A stretch of DNA of 64,000 nt from an uncultured Spirochaetota bacterium (GCA_963835575.1 CAWIGG010000002.1:1504001-1568000), one strand, 5' to 3'; positions 1-10,244 are shown, counted from the stretch's first letter. The notes: generated from the sequence alone by a model not told the origin. Translations and numbers: made by a program.

Positions 1-580
1 GCAGTATTCTTTCATCGGAAGTCTGAATATGCGTGTGCGTGCCCCAGACCGCGCTGACTCTGCCGTCAAAATACCATCCGAAAACCTGCTTCTCGCTCGT
101 GGCCTCGGCATGGAAATCAATCAGTATAATTGTAACACCCTCTTTCTTAAGCCGCTCTATTTCCGCTTCAATTGTTTGAAAGGGGCAGTCAATGGCATCC
201 ATAAAAATCCTGCCCATAACATTTATGACAGCGGCTTTAAGTCCATTGTTTTCATAAATGTATGTCCCATGGCCGGGAGTTTTCGGCGGATAATTGATGG
301 GACGGATAAGATTCGGATAGCGGTCGATAAACTCGAACACTTCCTTCTTCTGCCAGACATGGTTGCCCGTAGTAATAACATCAACTCCCATATCAAATAT
401 CTGCTTTGCAACCTGGTTTGTAATGCCGAATCCATGCGCCGAATTTTCCCCGTTTATGATGACCATATCCGGCATATATTTTATCTTCAGATTATTGATC
501 ACTGAAGAAAGAGCGCGCCGGCCTGCATCGCCGACAATATCTCCAAACGCCATAACACGGAATATATTCTCAGATTTCAT
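1..580 (-). CDS. YmdB/TIGR00282-family metallophosphoesterase (3' end runs off the window)
   Basis: Manual translation of the minus strand gives MKSENIFRVMAFGDIVGDAGRR...DFHAEATSEKQVFGWYFDGRVSAVWGTHTHIQTSDERIL. It is not in the ORF track because it is truncated by the window edge. Confidence 0.9.
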   Translation of the reverse strand, partial: MKSENIFRVMAFGDIVGDAGRRALSSVINNLKIKYMPDMVIINGENSAHGFGITNQVAKQIFDMGVDVITTGNHVWQKKEVFEFIDRYPNLIRPINYPPKTPGHGTYIYENNGLKAAVINVMGRIFMDAIDCPFQTIEAEIERLKKEGVTIILIDFHAEATSEKQVFGWYFDGRVSAVWGTHTHIQTSDERIL

Positions 581-602
581 ATCATACTCTTCATTAAAAT
601 TA

Positions 603-842
603 GGGCAGCTCTAAAAACCAACAAAATATTAGAGAATTAAGAACATCTTATTCTCTAAGTACAATATATTAGGCAGTTCCATCCCTCACCAGTTTGATTG
701 TTACGGAGATTCAGCCTGACAAACTGGTGAGGGATTGGAACCGCCCTTAATCAGATGAGACAATTAGATTATACTATTCCGGATAAAAACGCAATAAAGA
801 GAAGAAAAGCAGTTCCATCAACCCGGATTTTGAGATGTGCCC
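603..842. repeat. Modular palindromic MITE/REP-like element with central hairpin
   Basis: Starts GGGCAGCTCTAAAAACC and ends GGATTTTGAGATGTGCCC-TTAA. It contains a 16-bp perfect stem (ATCCCTCACCAGTTTG 681-696 / CAAACTGGTGAGGGAT 720-735). The first ~75 nt resemble 56758-56835. Confidence 0.75.
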
Positions 843-850
843 TTAATCAA

Positions 851-1288
851 TCACTTTTTTAATTTTTTTATGAGCGTAATATTATTTCCGCGGCCTTCTT
901 TATATTCATGCTTTAATTTATCCATAAATTTCTTCATAGTATAAATACCAAGGCCGTGGGTCCTGAGTTCTGAAATGTGATCATCAAGGTTTACAAGCGG
1001 AAACCGGCCGGGGTCAAAAGGCTTTCCATGATCCTTAACCGTAATTTGAATTCCCTTTTTTATTTCTTCCACTTCAACTTCTATCTGCTTCAATTCGGGC
1101 GGGATATCCGGGTCCTGATTGTAAGAATAACGGATGATATTTGTACAGAGCTCATCCACAGCCAGCTCTATTTCACCCGTCCCATCATCATTAAAGCCTA
1201 TTTTCCGCGCGTAATCAATGACAAAAGAACGGACCCTTTCAAGATAAGCTGTTTCGCCTGGAATTCTCAGTACTGATTTCCCCAGCAT
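851..1288 (-). CDS. Anti-sigma factor / Ser-Thr kinase, RsbW-like ATP-binding protein
   Basis: HATPase motifs ELAVDELCTNIIRYSY, DHGKPFDP and GLGIYTMKKFMD; adjacent to a STAS gene. Confidence 0.85.
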   Translation of the reverse strand: MLGKSVLRIPGETAYLERVRSFVIDYARKIGFNDDGTGEIELAVDELCTNIIRYSYNQDPDIPPELKQIEVEVEEIKKGIQITVKDHGKPFDPGRFPLVNLDDHISELRTHGLGIYTMKKFMDKLKHEYKEGRGNNITLIKKLKK

Positions 1289-1292
1289 TTTT

Positions 1293-1634
1293 TTATTTTA
1301 GATAAGATTTAGCCTGATCAAGAGAATCGGCGATCTTCAGAACCTTTGTAAAACCCATCGTCTCAAACACTTTTTTAATCTTGTCAGGCATATTGATCAG
1401 TATGATGTTGCCGCCGGCTGTTTTGGCTTCATTAAATGAAGCGATTAGCACGCCCAGCCCGGCAGTCGCTATATAGTCCACCTGCTTCATATCCAGGATC
1501 AGCTTTTTTGACTTTGCCAGAAAACTTTTCATCTGCTTATCAAACTGCGGAGTGGAATGCGCGTCAAGAGAACCGATTATGCCAAGAATACCGATGCTGC
1601 CATCCATTCTTAATGAAAACTGAGCTTCTGCCAT
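1293..1634 (-). CDS. STAS-domain anti-sigma factor antagonist (RsbV/SpoIIAA-like)
   Basis: GSLDAHSTP and LILDMKQVDYIATAGLGVL; 113 aa. Confidence 0.9.
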   Translation of the reverse strand: MAEAQFSLRMDGSIGILGIIGSLDAHSTPQFDKQMKSFLAKSKKLILDMKQVDYIATAGLGVLIASFNEAKTAGGNIILINMPDKIKKVFETMGFTKVLKIADSLDQAKSYLK

Positions 1635-1648
1635 AATAAAACTCCTCT

Positions 1649-2812
1649 TTATATTACAATATCAACTTCTAAAACTAAATTCTGCTCAGGAATACTGCCC
1701 GGGATGTCGCCAAGCTCCTCTGTATAATATGCGCCGTTAATAGTAATAAACGGAAATATGAGAGCAAACCCCGCTGTGGGGTAGCCCTGATATATTCCAC
1801 CTCTTAATTTCATAAAGGCAAGAAATCCGACCTCAAACCCGATTCTTGTTTTGAGAAAGAAATTTTGGCTGAAATCCTGAATATTATCCAGATCAAGATA
1901 AAAAGTCAAATCGGAAATAAAATATTTCGGAAGGACATTCTGGATCCTGTAACTGGACCCGATATCCAGCTGGAACGGAAAATAGGTGGGTGGGTTATTC
2001 CCGGCGGTAGCATCAATGGGTTTTAAATCCGCGGAATATTCCCTCCATGAAAACTGAGTATTAAACCAGTCTCTCAGAACAAGACCAAAAGCCAGGTCCT
2101 CGCTTTTAATCATAAAACCCGCGTCTGAACCGATCGCCTGCCCCCATAAAAAGCCTTTTTTATAATCCATAACGCTGATGCCCTGGTCATAAGCTTCTAA
2201 CAAGCTCATCCTGTGATTTTCATACTTAATTCTATCGATATACTTGACCGTGACTCCTCCATACACCATTGTAAATTTTCCCAGAAAAACAGGTATGGGT
2301 ATTTTGAAGCCGAATCCGGCAAGGCAGCCTATATCGGTATAGCTGCCGAAATCGACATAAGGCAGACCGGGGGCCTGTTTGACCACAATTGATGTTAATA
2401 GATCGTTATAAAAAAGAAAACCTATGCCCTCCCAGATAAACCCAAGCGCAAGCGGCCCGGTAACTCCGATGGTCGCCCTGGAATTAAGAAGGGTTTTCCA
2501 TTGATCGGAAGAAAGCTTGGAAAAATCATTCCCGTTTTTTGATAATGTATCATAAACCGTATAGAGATTATAACAATCCCAGTTGGCTGAAACACCCGCT
2601 CTTAATAATGAAACTTTCAGGTTATCATAAAGCGCAAATGCGGCCGGATTCATAAAAAGCATCCCGAATTTGTCATAGCTCGTTATCCCGGCCCCTCCTA
2701 TTGCCATGATATCAACGGGACGGGTTATTTTCCTTTCTGTTAATAAGCCGAAGGTCAATCCTGTAATAAACAAAAAATAAATCAATAATAAGAAAATGAG
2801 CTTAGCCTTCAT
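1649..2812 (-). CDS. Putative outer-membrane beta-barrel protein (TraF/PorV/FadL-like)
   Basis: Signal peptide, MAIGGAG...LFMNPAAF N-terminal motif, amphipathic strands, LRGGIYQGYPTAG near the C-terminus. Confidence 0.55.
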   Translation of the reverse strand: MKAKLIFLLLIYFLFITGLTFGLLTERKITRPVDIMAIGGAGITSYDKFGMLFMNPAAFALYDNLKVSLLRAGVSANWDCYNLYTVYDTLSKNGNDFSKLSSDQWKTLLNSRATIGVTGPLALGFIWEGIGFLFYNDLLTSIVVKQAPGLPYVDFGSYTDIGCLAGFGFKIPIPVFLGKFTMVYGGVTVKYIDRIKYENHRMSLLEAYDQGISVMDYKKGFLWGQAIGSDAGFMIKSEDLAFGLVLRDWFNTQFSWREYSADLKPIDATAGNNPPTYFPFQLDIGSSYRIQNVLPKYFISDLTFYLDLDNIQDFSQNFFLKTRIGFEVGFLAFMKLRGGIYQGYPTAGFALIFPFITINGAYYTEELGDIPGSIPEQNLVLEVDIVI

Positions 2813-2835
2813 AGGCCCTCCTGGAGCAGAAAAAA

Positions 2836-3936
2836 CTACGGCTTACCGAAGTATTTGGTCATCACAGTGAACATATTCGTAATGCCGATAATGACATTCG
2901 TCATGTCATTGGCATTGGTCACGCCCGAATTGAGCATATCATTGGTAAAACTCATATAATCATTGGTACCGTAACCCGAACCGGCCAGTGAGTTAGTGGC
3001 TGAATCATCATCTTGAATTACCACAAAACAAAGTGGAATATAGAGCGGATTCGCGTTTGTAATTTCAAAATAATTGGTGATATTCATCGGATTCATTTGC
3101 AGATTACTATTTGTTGCCGTCAAATTTGAAATTGATGCGGTCAGATTAGTGAGAGAATCATTCATCATGATAGTTAATTGATTGAGTTCCTTTTTTGCCT
3201 CATCAGAAGTGAGAGTGCTTTCTACATTTTTTAAACTGATATAAGACCTGTTTATATTATTCGTAAAAAAGGAGTATCTCTGATTGATGGATCGGCTTAA
3301 TGGAATTATCATTAAAAGGGAAAACGGATTGGGTTTAGTAACATTTGTTGCCCTGTCAATAGTATTTGTTAAATAAGGATTTATTTCGGGAATGAATTTA
3401 TCGCCTATGAATATCATATCATTCGTATCCGATTCAACATTTCTATTTCCGTCAGTATCAGCGAGATAAAAAACAGAATAAATAGTATTAAAAAAATAAA
3501 AATTGAGATTTACGCTTGAGTCATTATAGGGAATAACACCGTCTGCCTCGCTATTTATAATTGTAAAAAGATTGGTCTGAATATAATCGCTCACATCATA
3601 CAAAATGTTCTTTATTCCATTTATGGTATAAGAAGAAGAAATAATCGATAGTATTAAATTCGTGACTGAAATTTTCATAAAAAGATAGGATGTGCATGAA
3701 CCTTCAATTGCCCTGGAATTTTTCGGGGATAAATCCATTGCTTTAGAATAAGCCTTGAAGGCGTTTGTATAATCAAGATTATTCAGGTAATTATCTCCCA
3801 TTGAAATCAGGGTGTTAACATCCGCTGTGCTGTCTATGTTTGCAGGGTTAAATACGGAAAAAAGATTAAAACCGCAAGAGGCCACTGTAAAAAAAATAAC
3901 AAGGCAATATATTAAAAGGAATATTCTAACTTTCAT
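2836..3936 (-). CDS. Lipoprotein with an N-terminal TPR, Asn/Thr-rich
   Basis: Lipobox VASC; TPR-like segment GDNYLNNLDYTNAFKAYSKAMDLSPKN. Confidence 0.65.
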   Translation of the reverse strand: MKVRIFLLIYCLVIFFTVASCGFNLFSVFNPANIDSTADVNTLISMGDNYLNNLDYTNAFKAYSKAMDLSPKNSRAIEGSCTSYLFMKISVTNLILSIISSSYTINGIKNILYDVSDYIQTNLFTIINSEADGVIPYNDSSVNLNFYFFNTIYSVFYLADTDGNRNVESDTNDMIFIGDKFIPEINPYLTNTIDRATNVTKPNPFSLLMIIPLSRSINQRYSFFTNNINRSYISLKNVESTLTSDEAKKELNQLTIMMNDSLTNLTASISNLTATNSNLQMNPMNITNYFEITNANPLYIPLCFVVIQDDDSATNSLAGSGYGTNDYMSFTNDMLNSGVTNANDMTNVIIGITNMFTVMTKYFGKP

Positions 3937-4070
3937 TAAATACCTCCCCTATTAAGGATGTATTAAACTTCTACCAGCGCTATGATTATTATACCACTAA
4001 AATCGGAAAAAACATTCTGTTTCTGGATTATTCCGCCCTTATTTTTCATTTTCCGTCCAAATAATCAATG

Positions 4071-4099
4071 ATTTTATTCGCGAATGAATTTTTTGTCAA
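4071..4099 (-). promoter_or_regulatory. Sigma70-type promoter for the leftward operon
   Basis: TTGACA-17 nt-TAAAAT on the minus strand. Confidence 0.55.
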
Positions 4100-4185
4100 G
4101 GCTGATTTCCTAAATGCGGCAATTTTCACTAAAAAAAATAGTAGGTATTATTTTACTACTATTTAAAAAAAAAGCCCAAAAACTA

Positions 4186-4214
4186 TTGACAGAATTGAAA
4201 AAAAAAGAGATAAT
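4186..4214 (+). promoter_or_regulatory. Sigma70-type promoter for ddl-ftsQAZ
   Basis: TTGACA-17 nt-GATAAT. Confidence 0.5.
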
Positions 4215-4277
4215 TTAAATATTTTAAAAAATTTATTGTGTATTTTTTGCTATCAGGATTTGGTAGAGGGGAAGTGA

Positions 4278-5228
4278 ATGGACTTAAATAATGCTGTAAA
4301 GCGCTATCATGGCAAAAAAATCGGCGTTTTAATGGGAGGCCTTTCTTCCGAAAGAGAAATCTCCCTCCGTTCCGGTGAAAATGTATATAATTCTCTCACC
4401 CGTATGGGTTTAAACCCTGTTAAAATTGACGTTGGACCTACCCTGACCGGCGACCTTATAAAATCTCAAATAGATATCGCTTTTAATGTACTTCATGGAA
4501 AATTCGGAGAAGACGGCGCCATTCAGGGACTTCTTGAAATTATGGGCATACCTTACACCGGTTCCGGCATACTGGGCAGCGCCATAGGAATGGATAAGCT
4601 CATTACTAAAAAGCTCCTGGCCCAAAACGGCATACCGGTGCCCGATTTTATTCCCATCAATACCAATGATCCCTTTCAAACACTGGAATCCATCCAGTCA
4701 AAAATAGGTTTCCCTTTTGTGCTTAAGCCGAATACAGAAGGCTCCAGCATCGGTATCTCTCTTATTAAAGACAATAAAGATTTTGACCGTCTTATTCAAA
4801 AACACATTAAGCAGTATCCGTCTTCCTATGCAGAAAAATACATCCGGGGAAAAGAAATAACGATCGGCGTAGTCGGCAATTCACGCGAAATAAAGATCCT
4901 TCCAATTTTAGGTTTAAAGCCGAAAAACGAGTTTTATGACTTTGAGGCAAAATATACGAAAGACCTGACTGAATTTGAATTACCGGCAAAAATATCGGCA
5001 GAAAAAGAAAATTTAATCAGGCATTACGCTCAGATTGCTTTTAAGGAAATGCGCCTGAGCGGCGTTGCGCGGTTTGATGCCATGCTGGATGAAGATGAAA
5101 ATCCGTATTTTCTGGAGGTCAATACGATACCCGGAATGACCGAAACGAGCGATATACCGGCCATGGCCCATGCCGCCGGTTGTTACGACGAAGTTATGAT
5201 TGGAATCCTGAATAGCTCAATAAAATAG
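4278..5228 (+). CDS. ddl: D-alanine--D-alanine ligase
   Basis: GGLSSEREISL, LHGKFGEDG, EGSSIG, EVNTIPGMT. Confidence 0.97.
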   Translation: MDLNNAVKRYHGKKIGVLMGGLSSEREISLRSGENVYNSLTRMGLNPVKIDVGPTLTGDLIKSQIDIAFNVLHGKFGEDGAIQGLLEIMGIPYTGSGILGSAIGMDKLITKKLLAQNGIPVPDFIPINTNDPFQTLESIQSKIGFPFVLKPNTEGSSIGISLIKDNKDFDRLIQKHIKQYPSSYAEKYIRGKEITIGVVGNSREIKILPILGLKPKNEFYDFEAKYTKDLTEFELPAKISAEKENLIRHYAQIAFKEMRLSGVARFDAMLDEDENPYFLEVNTIPGMTETSDIPAMAHAAGCYDEVMIGILNSSIK

Positions 5229-5236
5229 GGAGAAAA

Positions 5237-5947
5237 ATGGGAAAGGCAGTGTCAGCAATTTTTATTTTCGTTTTTTTTGGCGCTTTATTAATTGGACTGC
5301 ATTATAGTATTTATTATCTGCTCGTCAGACAGGGCAAACTTAATTTAAGTTCTATCATTGTCGAAGGCAATCAGCTGCTGCCGTCAAAAAATATTATCGA
5401 AGCTTCGGCGCTGAGCCTGGGAATCGGTATTTTCGACTTTGACCTCAGTACAGCTGCGAATAATGTTAAAAAGAGTTTTCTGATTGAAAACGCTGAAATA
5501 TTCCGTTTTCCGCCGGATAAGGTCCTGATAAAAGTAACGGAAAGAATTCCGACCGCAGTCATTATTGACGGCATGAAAAATTCTTATGTCTGCGATAAAA
5601 ACGGAACAATCCTGGCTAAAGGATTTATGTCCCGTCTTCCCATTCTGCTGCTGGATTATAATATTCCCAAAGAGGATTCAATAAAAGATGATTTTCTATT
5701 AATTTTAATAGCCAATCTTTCAAAATTCGAGCAGAAAAATGAGATCAGACAGATCTATATTAAAAGAAAAGAAGGTATTTATATAACAATGAAGGGCCTG
5801 GATTCAACCCTATTTTATCTGGGGAAAAGTATTCCGGATAAAGAGCTTTTTAATAAAATGCTGAGCATTGCCGCAAAAATAAAGCAGAAAGATATTAAAA
5901 TAAAATACATTGATATGAATAGGGAAAGCGCTATAGGTTATCAATGA
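5237..5947 (+). CDS. ftsQ: Cell division protein FtsQ/DivIB
   Basis: Single TM plus POTRA-like region (IIVEGN...FPPDKVLIKVTERIP); lies between ddl and ftsA. Confidence 0.85.
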   Translation: MGKAVSAIFIFVFFGALLIGLHYSIYYLLVRQGKLNLSSIIVEGNQLLPSKNIIEASALSLGIGIFDFDLSTAANNVKKSFLIENAEIFRFPPDKVLIKVTERIPTAVIIDGMKNSYVCDKNGTILAKGFMSRLPILLLDYNIPKEDSIKDDFLLILIANLSKFEQKNEIRQIYIKRKEGIYITMKGLDSTLFYLGKSIPDKELFNKMLSIAAKIKQKDIKIKYIDMNRESAIGYQ

Positions 5948-5998
5948 TATTGCCCTTTTTTTAGCAATTTAAATGCGCAGTGAAAAAAGGAGGGAAAT

Positions 5999-7234
5999 TT
6001 GGAAGAACGAATTGTTGTGGGATTGGATATCGGTACCACAAAAGTCTGCACTGTAATCGCCAAAATAAATGAATCAAATGAACTGGAAATTATGGGTGTG
6101 GGTTTAGCTCCCTCAAAAGGTCTCCGGAAAGGGGTTGTGATCAATATCGACAGCACAGCGGCTTCAATAGCGGCTTCCGTGGAGAAGGCCGAAATCCAGG
6201 CGGGTTATGAAGTGAAAGGCGTTTATATCGGGATTTCCGGCGGACATGTCGAAGGGATCAACAGCAAGGGTGTTATTGCCATCTCAGATAAAAATAAAGA
6301 AATAACCGAAGCCGATGTCCGGAGGGTCATAGACGCCGCGACAGCTATCGTTATACCTGTTGACCGCGAGGTTGTTCATATTATTCCTCAGGAATTTATC
6401 GTGGATGACCAGGACGGCATCAAAGACCCGGTCGGAATGGCCGGCATCCGTCTTGAGGCCATGGTCAACATTATCACGGCCGCGGCAACATCCGTCAATA
6501 ATATTGTAAAAAGCGTCAACAAGGCCGGGTTTGAAGCCCTCGATATTGTTCTTGAGCCGCTCGCTTCAGCCCAGGCAATCCTGACGGAAGAAGAAAAAGA
6601 GCTGGGCGTTGTGCTCATAGATATCGGCGGCGGAACAACGGATTACGTTATTTTTGAGGAAGGAAGCTCGCGTCAGACGGGCATTCTGTCAATCGGCGGC
6701 AATCATATCACCAATGATGTCGCCTTCGGACTTAAAACTCCTATTATATCCGCCGAGGAAATTAAAAGAAAATACGGCGCTTCCATAGTCGAATATATCG
6801 CGGAAACCGAGGAAATAGAAGTGCCAGGCCTGGGCGGAAGGATGCCGGTTATTGAAAAAAGGCGGAAACTGGTGGAAATAATAGAACCCAGGATTGAGGA
6901 AATCCTTTCGCTTGTTAATAATGAGATCGTTAAAACCGGGAAAAAGGATTATCTGGCAGCGGGCGTCGTTCTGACCGGCGGTGTTGCCCTCACTCCATAT
7001 ATCGTTGAATTATCGGGCGAAATTTTCAACTTCCCTGTAAGGATAGGCAGGCCTCTCGGCATCAAAGGCTTAAAAGATATTGTAGACAGCCCTGTTTATT
7101 CGACCGCCGTCGGCCTGGCGCTTTACGCGCAGGACAATCTGCCGAAACTGGGGCCTACAAATTCCCGCGATGATGAGAAGAATTTTAAATCCATAGTGGA
7201 AAGAATAAGAGAATGGTTTAATGAGTTTTTCTAA
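5999..7234 (+). CDS. ftsA: Cell division protein FtsA
   Basis: GLDIGTTKV, DIGGGTTD, amphipathic C-terminus IREWFNEFF; TTG start with GGAGG RBS. Confidence 0.97.
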   Translation: MEERIVVGLDIGTTKVCTVIAKINESNELEIMGVGLAPSKGLRKGVVINIDSTAASIAASVEKAEIQAGYEVKGVYIGISGGHVEGINSKGVIAISDKNKEITEADVRRVIDAATAIVIPVDREVVHIIPQEFIVDDQDGIKDPVGMAGIRLEAMVNIITAAATSVNNIVKSVNKAGFEALDIVLEPLASAQAILTEEEKELGVVLIDIGGGTTDYVIFEEGSSRQTGILSIGGNHITNDVAFGLKTPIISAEEIKRKYGASIVEYIAETEEIEVPGLGGRMPVIEKRRKLVEIIEPRIEEILSLVNNEIVKTGKKDYLAAGVVLTGGVALTPYIVELSGEIFNFPVRIGRPLGIKGLKDIVDSPVYSTAVGLALYAQDNLPKLGPTNSRDDEKNFKSIVERIREWFNEFF

Positions 7235-7243
7235 GGCATTGAG

Positions 7244-7314
7244 TTTATTCCGTCCCTCACCAGTTTGTTAGCTTCTCCAGTGCAGCCCGACAAACTGGTG
7301 AGGGACGGAATAAA
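7244..7314. repeat. 25-bp perfect hairpin in the ftsA-ftsZ spacer, with the same core as the hairpin at 681-735
   Basis: TTTATTCCGTCCCTCACCAGTTTGT-21 nt-ACAAACTGGTGAGGGACGGAATAAA. Confidence 0.9.
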
Positions 7315-7358
7315 TTATTGCCGCATATATTAATATTTCGAATTGGGAGGGAAGGACT

Positions 7359-8564
7359 ATGGTATATGAAAAGTATGATGCCGAAAGGTATCCGAATGAA
7401 GCTTTAGATTACAACGCTAATGAAGAACATCTGACCAAGATCAAGGTAATCGGCATCGGCGGCGCGGGCTGCAACGCCATCAACCGTATGATTGAAGACG
7501 GTATCAGCAATGTTGAGTTTGTCGCCGTCAATACGGACGCTCAGGTTTTAAAAAATTCATTGTCTAAACGGACCCTTCAAATCGGAGCCCGATCAACACG
7601 GGGACTGGGCGCCGGTGCCAAGCCCGAAGTGGGTGAAAAGGCCGCTCAGGAAGATATTGAGGAAATCAGAAATCTATTGGACAAAACCAATATGGTATTT
7701 ATAACGGCGGGCATGGGCGGCGGCACCGGTACAGGCGCGGCCCCGATATTCGCGAAAGCGGCAAAAGAAATCGGCGCGCTGACTGTCGCTGTTGTGACCA
7801 TCCCTTTCGATTTTGAAGGAAAGAGAAGAATTGAGATTGCCTATCAGGGAATTAATAAACTCAAAGAGCATGTCGATACAATGCTGGTTATTTCCAACTC
7901 AAGAATATTCAAAGTGATCGAAAGAAAAGCCGGAGTCAAGCAGGCATTTCATAAGATCGATGAAGTGCTCAAGCAGGCTGTGCAGGGTATTTCCAGCATC
8001 ATCACCGAAGTCGGCATCATCAATGTCGATTTTGCGGACGTCAGGACCGTCCTGTCCAACCGCGGCGAGGCCATTATGGGCATAGGCATCGGGCAGGGCG
8101 ATAACAGGTCTATTGACGCGGCACGCTGCGCTCTCGAAAATCCTCTCATAGAAAATTCGTCATTTAAAAACGCCGGCGCGATGCTCGTCAATATTATCGG
8201 CGGCCCGGACTTCGGCATGGTGGAATACGATGAAGCGGCCAAAACGATCGCCGAATACTGCAGGCCGGACGCTGAAATCATCATCGGGCTTAATGTTGAC
8301 GACAATTTAAAAGACAAGGTCAGAATTATCATCATCGCGACCGATTTTACATCAAGCAATACTAAAGAAAAAGAAAATATTCCCATTCCAGCGGAGAATA
8401 TTTTTGAGGAAAGAAAAGTGGTCTCCCTGGCTGAAATACGCCAGGAAAGAAATAAGATGAAAGGCCTTCAGAGTGAAGGCACGCGTTCCATTCACAGGGT
8501 TGTATCTCCTGTGGAAGACGATTATGAAACGCCGGCCTTTTTAAGAAAAAGGAAAATGGGATAG
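7359..8564 (+). CDS. ftsZ: Cell division protein FtsZ
   Basis: Tubulin signature GGGTGTG, INVDFADV, C-terminal ETPAFLRK. Confidence 0.98.
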   Translation: MVYEKYDAERYPNEALDYNANEEHLTKIKVIGIGGAGCNAINRMIEDGISNVEFVAVNTDAQVLKNSLSKRTLQIGARSTRGLGAGAKPEVGEKAAQEDIEEIRNLLDKTNMVFITAGMGGGTGTGAAPIFAKAAKEIGALTVAVVTIPFDFEGKRRIEIAYQGINKLKEHVDTMLVISNSRIFKVIERKAGVKQAFHKIDEVLKQAVQGISSIITEVGIINVDFADVRTVLSNRGEAIMGIGIGQGDNRSIDAARCALENPLIENSSFKNAGAMLVNIIGGPDFGMVEYDEAAKTIAEYCRPDAEIIIGLNVDDNLKDKVRIIIIATDFTSSNTKEKENIPIPAENIFEERKVVSLAEIRQERNKMKGLQSEGTRSIHRVVSPVEDDYETPAFLRKRKMG

Positions 8565-8569
8565 TTTTT

Positions 8570-9061
8570 TTATTGAGTAAGCTTCTTCCGGAACTGAATC
8601 GCGTTGATCCCGCAAAGGGCTATTGCGAGGGCGTCCGATATATCGTCAGGCGGGGGAATATCCGGAATTGAGAGAATGAGTTTGAGCGCTTTTTGTATCT
8701 GACCTTTGCCTGACCGGCCGTATCCGGTAGTGGCCATTTTAACCTGGATCGGAGTGAATTCATAAAGAGGAAGCTTGTGAATAGCGGATAAAAGAATAAT
8801 CACCCCTCTCAATTCGCTGATAGTAAGCGCTGTTTTTACGTTCTTCGCGAAAATAATCTTTTCCATAGATATATAGGAAGGCTGATGTTTATTGATAAGA
8901 TACTGCAGGTCCTCATATATCTGAAAAAAGCGGACAGTTTTATCATCTTCCTTTTTTGTGGAAATAAGGCCGAATGAAGTGGCTTTTAACTCATTCCCCT
9001 TCAGTTCAATCAGAGCGTATCCAAGCCTTTCTATACCCGGATCTATTCCCAGAACTATCAT
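8570..9061 (-). CDS. ruvC: Holliday junction resolvase RuvC
   Basis: LGIDPG, MEKIIFAKN, PDDISDALA. An alternative GTG start lies at 9073. Confidence 0.95.
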   Translation of the reverse strand: MIVLGIDPGIERLGYALIELKGNELKATSFGLISTKKEDDKTVRFFQIYEDLQYLINKHQPSYISMEKIIFAKNVKTALTISELRGVIILLSAIHKLPLYEFTPIQVKMATTGYGRSGKGQIQKALKLILSIPDIPPPDDISDALAIALCGINAIQFRKKLTQ

Positions 9062-9065
9062 CTGA

Positions 9066-10244
9066 TTAAACACCCGCTTTAATAAAGGTTTTCATTGTAT
9101 TCTCCACAAGCCATTCCGCTATTTCCTTCTTGCCGCCTTCTTTCGGTCCGATAACTGCGCCGTCCTTTGATATCAGAATGACCTTATTATCATCGCTTCC
9201 CATAGGCTGAAAGTCTTTTTCAATCTGATTGAGGACAATAAATGACAGATTTTTTTCCTGAAGTTTCTTCTTCGCGTTTTCCAATCCTTTATCAGTTTCC
9301 AGGGCAAATCCGGTAATCAATTTTTCTTTCTTTATTGCGGAAACTTCCTTGAGAATATCCGGAGTTGAAATGAACTCCAGGTTTAATTCCGGGCTTTTCT
9401 TTACCTTCTTTCCGGAATAGCTTTTAGCTTTAAAATCCGCCGGCGCCGCGGCCATATAAAGGCCGTCATAAGACTCCAGATTTGTTTTTACGGCTTTGAG
9501 CATATCTTCCGCCGATTCCGAGTATATTGAAGGAATATAGCAGGGGACCGCCGCTGATGTACGGGCATGAATGAGAAGGACGCCAGCCCCTTTTTTAAAA
9601 AGCGCTTTCGCTATTTCTATTCCCATTTTGCCTGATGAAAAGTTCGATATATATCTGACCGGATCGATCTTCTCGATAGTGCCGCCGGCCGTCACGATAA
9701 ATTTAAAATTTTTCAGCGGCTCATTAATATCCCTGTTGATCAGACCGTAAATCTTTTCCTCCGATGGAAGCCTTCCCCAGCCCGACACGCCGCATGCCAG
9801 TTCGCCATGCTCCGGTTCGGCAATAAGAAAGCCCCTCTCTTTGAGTTTCTGAATATTATCCTGAGTGGCGGTATTTTCGAACATTCTTGTATTCATAGCG
9901 GGAAAGAGTATCTTTTTTTTATCAAAAGCCAGTATTGTAGAAGTGAGTAAATTATCCGCAATTCCAGCAGTTATTTTCGCCAGCGTATTGGCGGAAGCCG
10001 GCGCAACGGCGAGAATATCCGCCCAATCCCCAAGCCTGATATGGGCAAGAGGCTCGCGCTGATCAAAATCCCGGATATAAACCTCTTCGTCTGATATGGC
10101 TTTGAAAAGAAGCGGACTCACCAGCTTCGCGGCATTGCCGGTCATAATGACTTTAACAGTATGCCCTTCTCTTTTCAGCATCCTGATGACATTGGGAATC
10201 TTATATAGTGAAATACCGGCGGTTATTCCAAAGAGGATTTTCAT
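9066..10244 (-). CDS. coaBC: Bifunctional phosphopantothenoylcysteine decarboxylase/synthase
   Basis: PASANTLAK, PAMNTRM, GELACG, DPVRYISNFSSGKMG, GFALET. The start was placed at the ATGA overlap with the upstream stop. Confidence 0.96.
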   Translation of the reverse strand: MKILFGITAGISLYKIPNVIRMLKREGHTVKVIMTGNAAKLVSPLLFKAISDEEVYIRDFDQREPLAHIRLGDWADILAVAPASANTLAKITAGIADNLLTSTILAFDKKKILFPAMNTRMFENTATQDNIQKLKERGFLIAEPEHGELACGVSGWGRLPSEEKIYGLINRDINEPLKNFKFIVTAGGTIEKIDPVRYISNFSSGKMGIEIAKALFKKGAGVLLIHARTSAAVPCYIPSIYSESAEDMLKAVKTNLESYDGLYMAAAPADFKAKSYSGKKVKKSPELNLEFISTPDILKEVSAIKKEKLITGFALETDKGLENAKKKLQEKNLSFIVLNQIEKDFQPMGSDDNKVILISKDGAVIGPKEGGKKEIAEWLVENTMKTFIKAGV

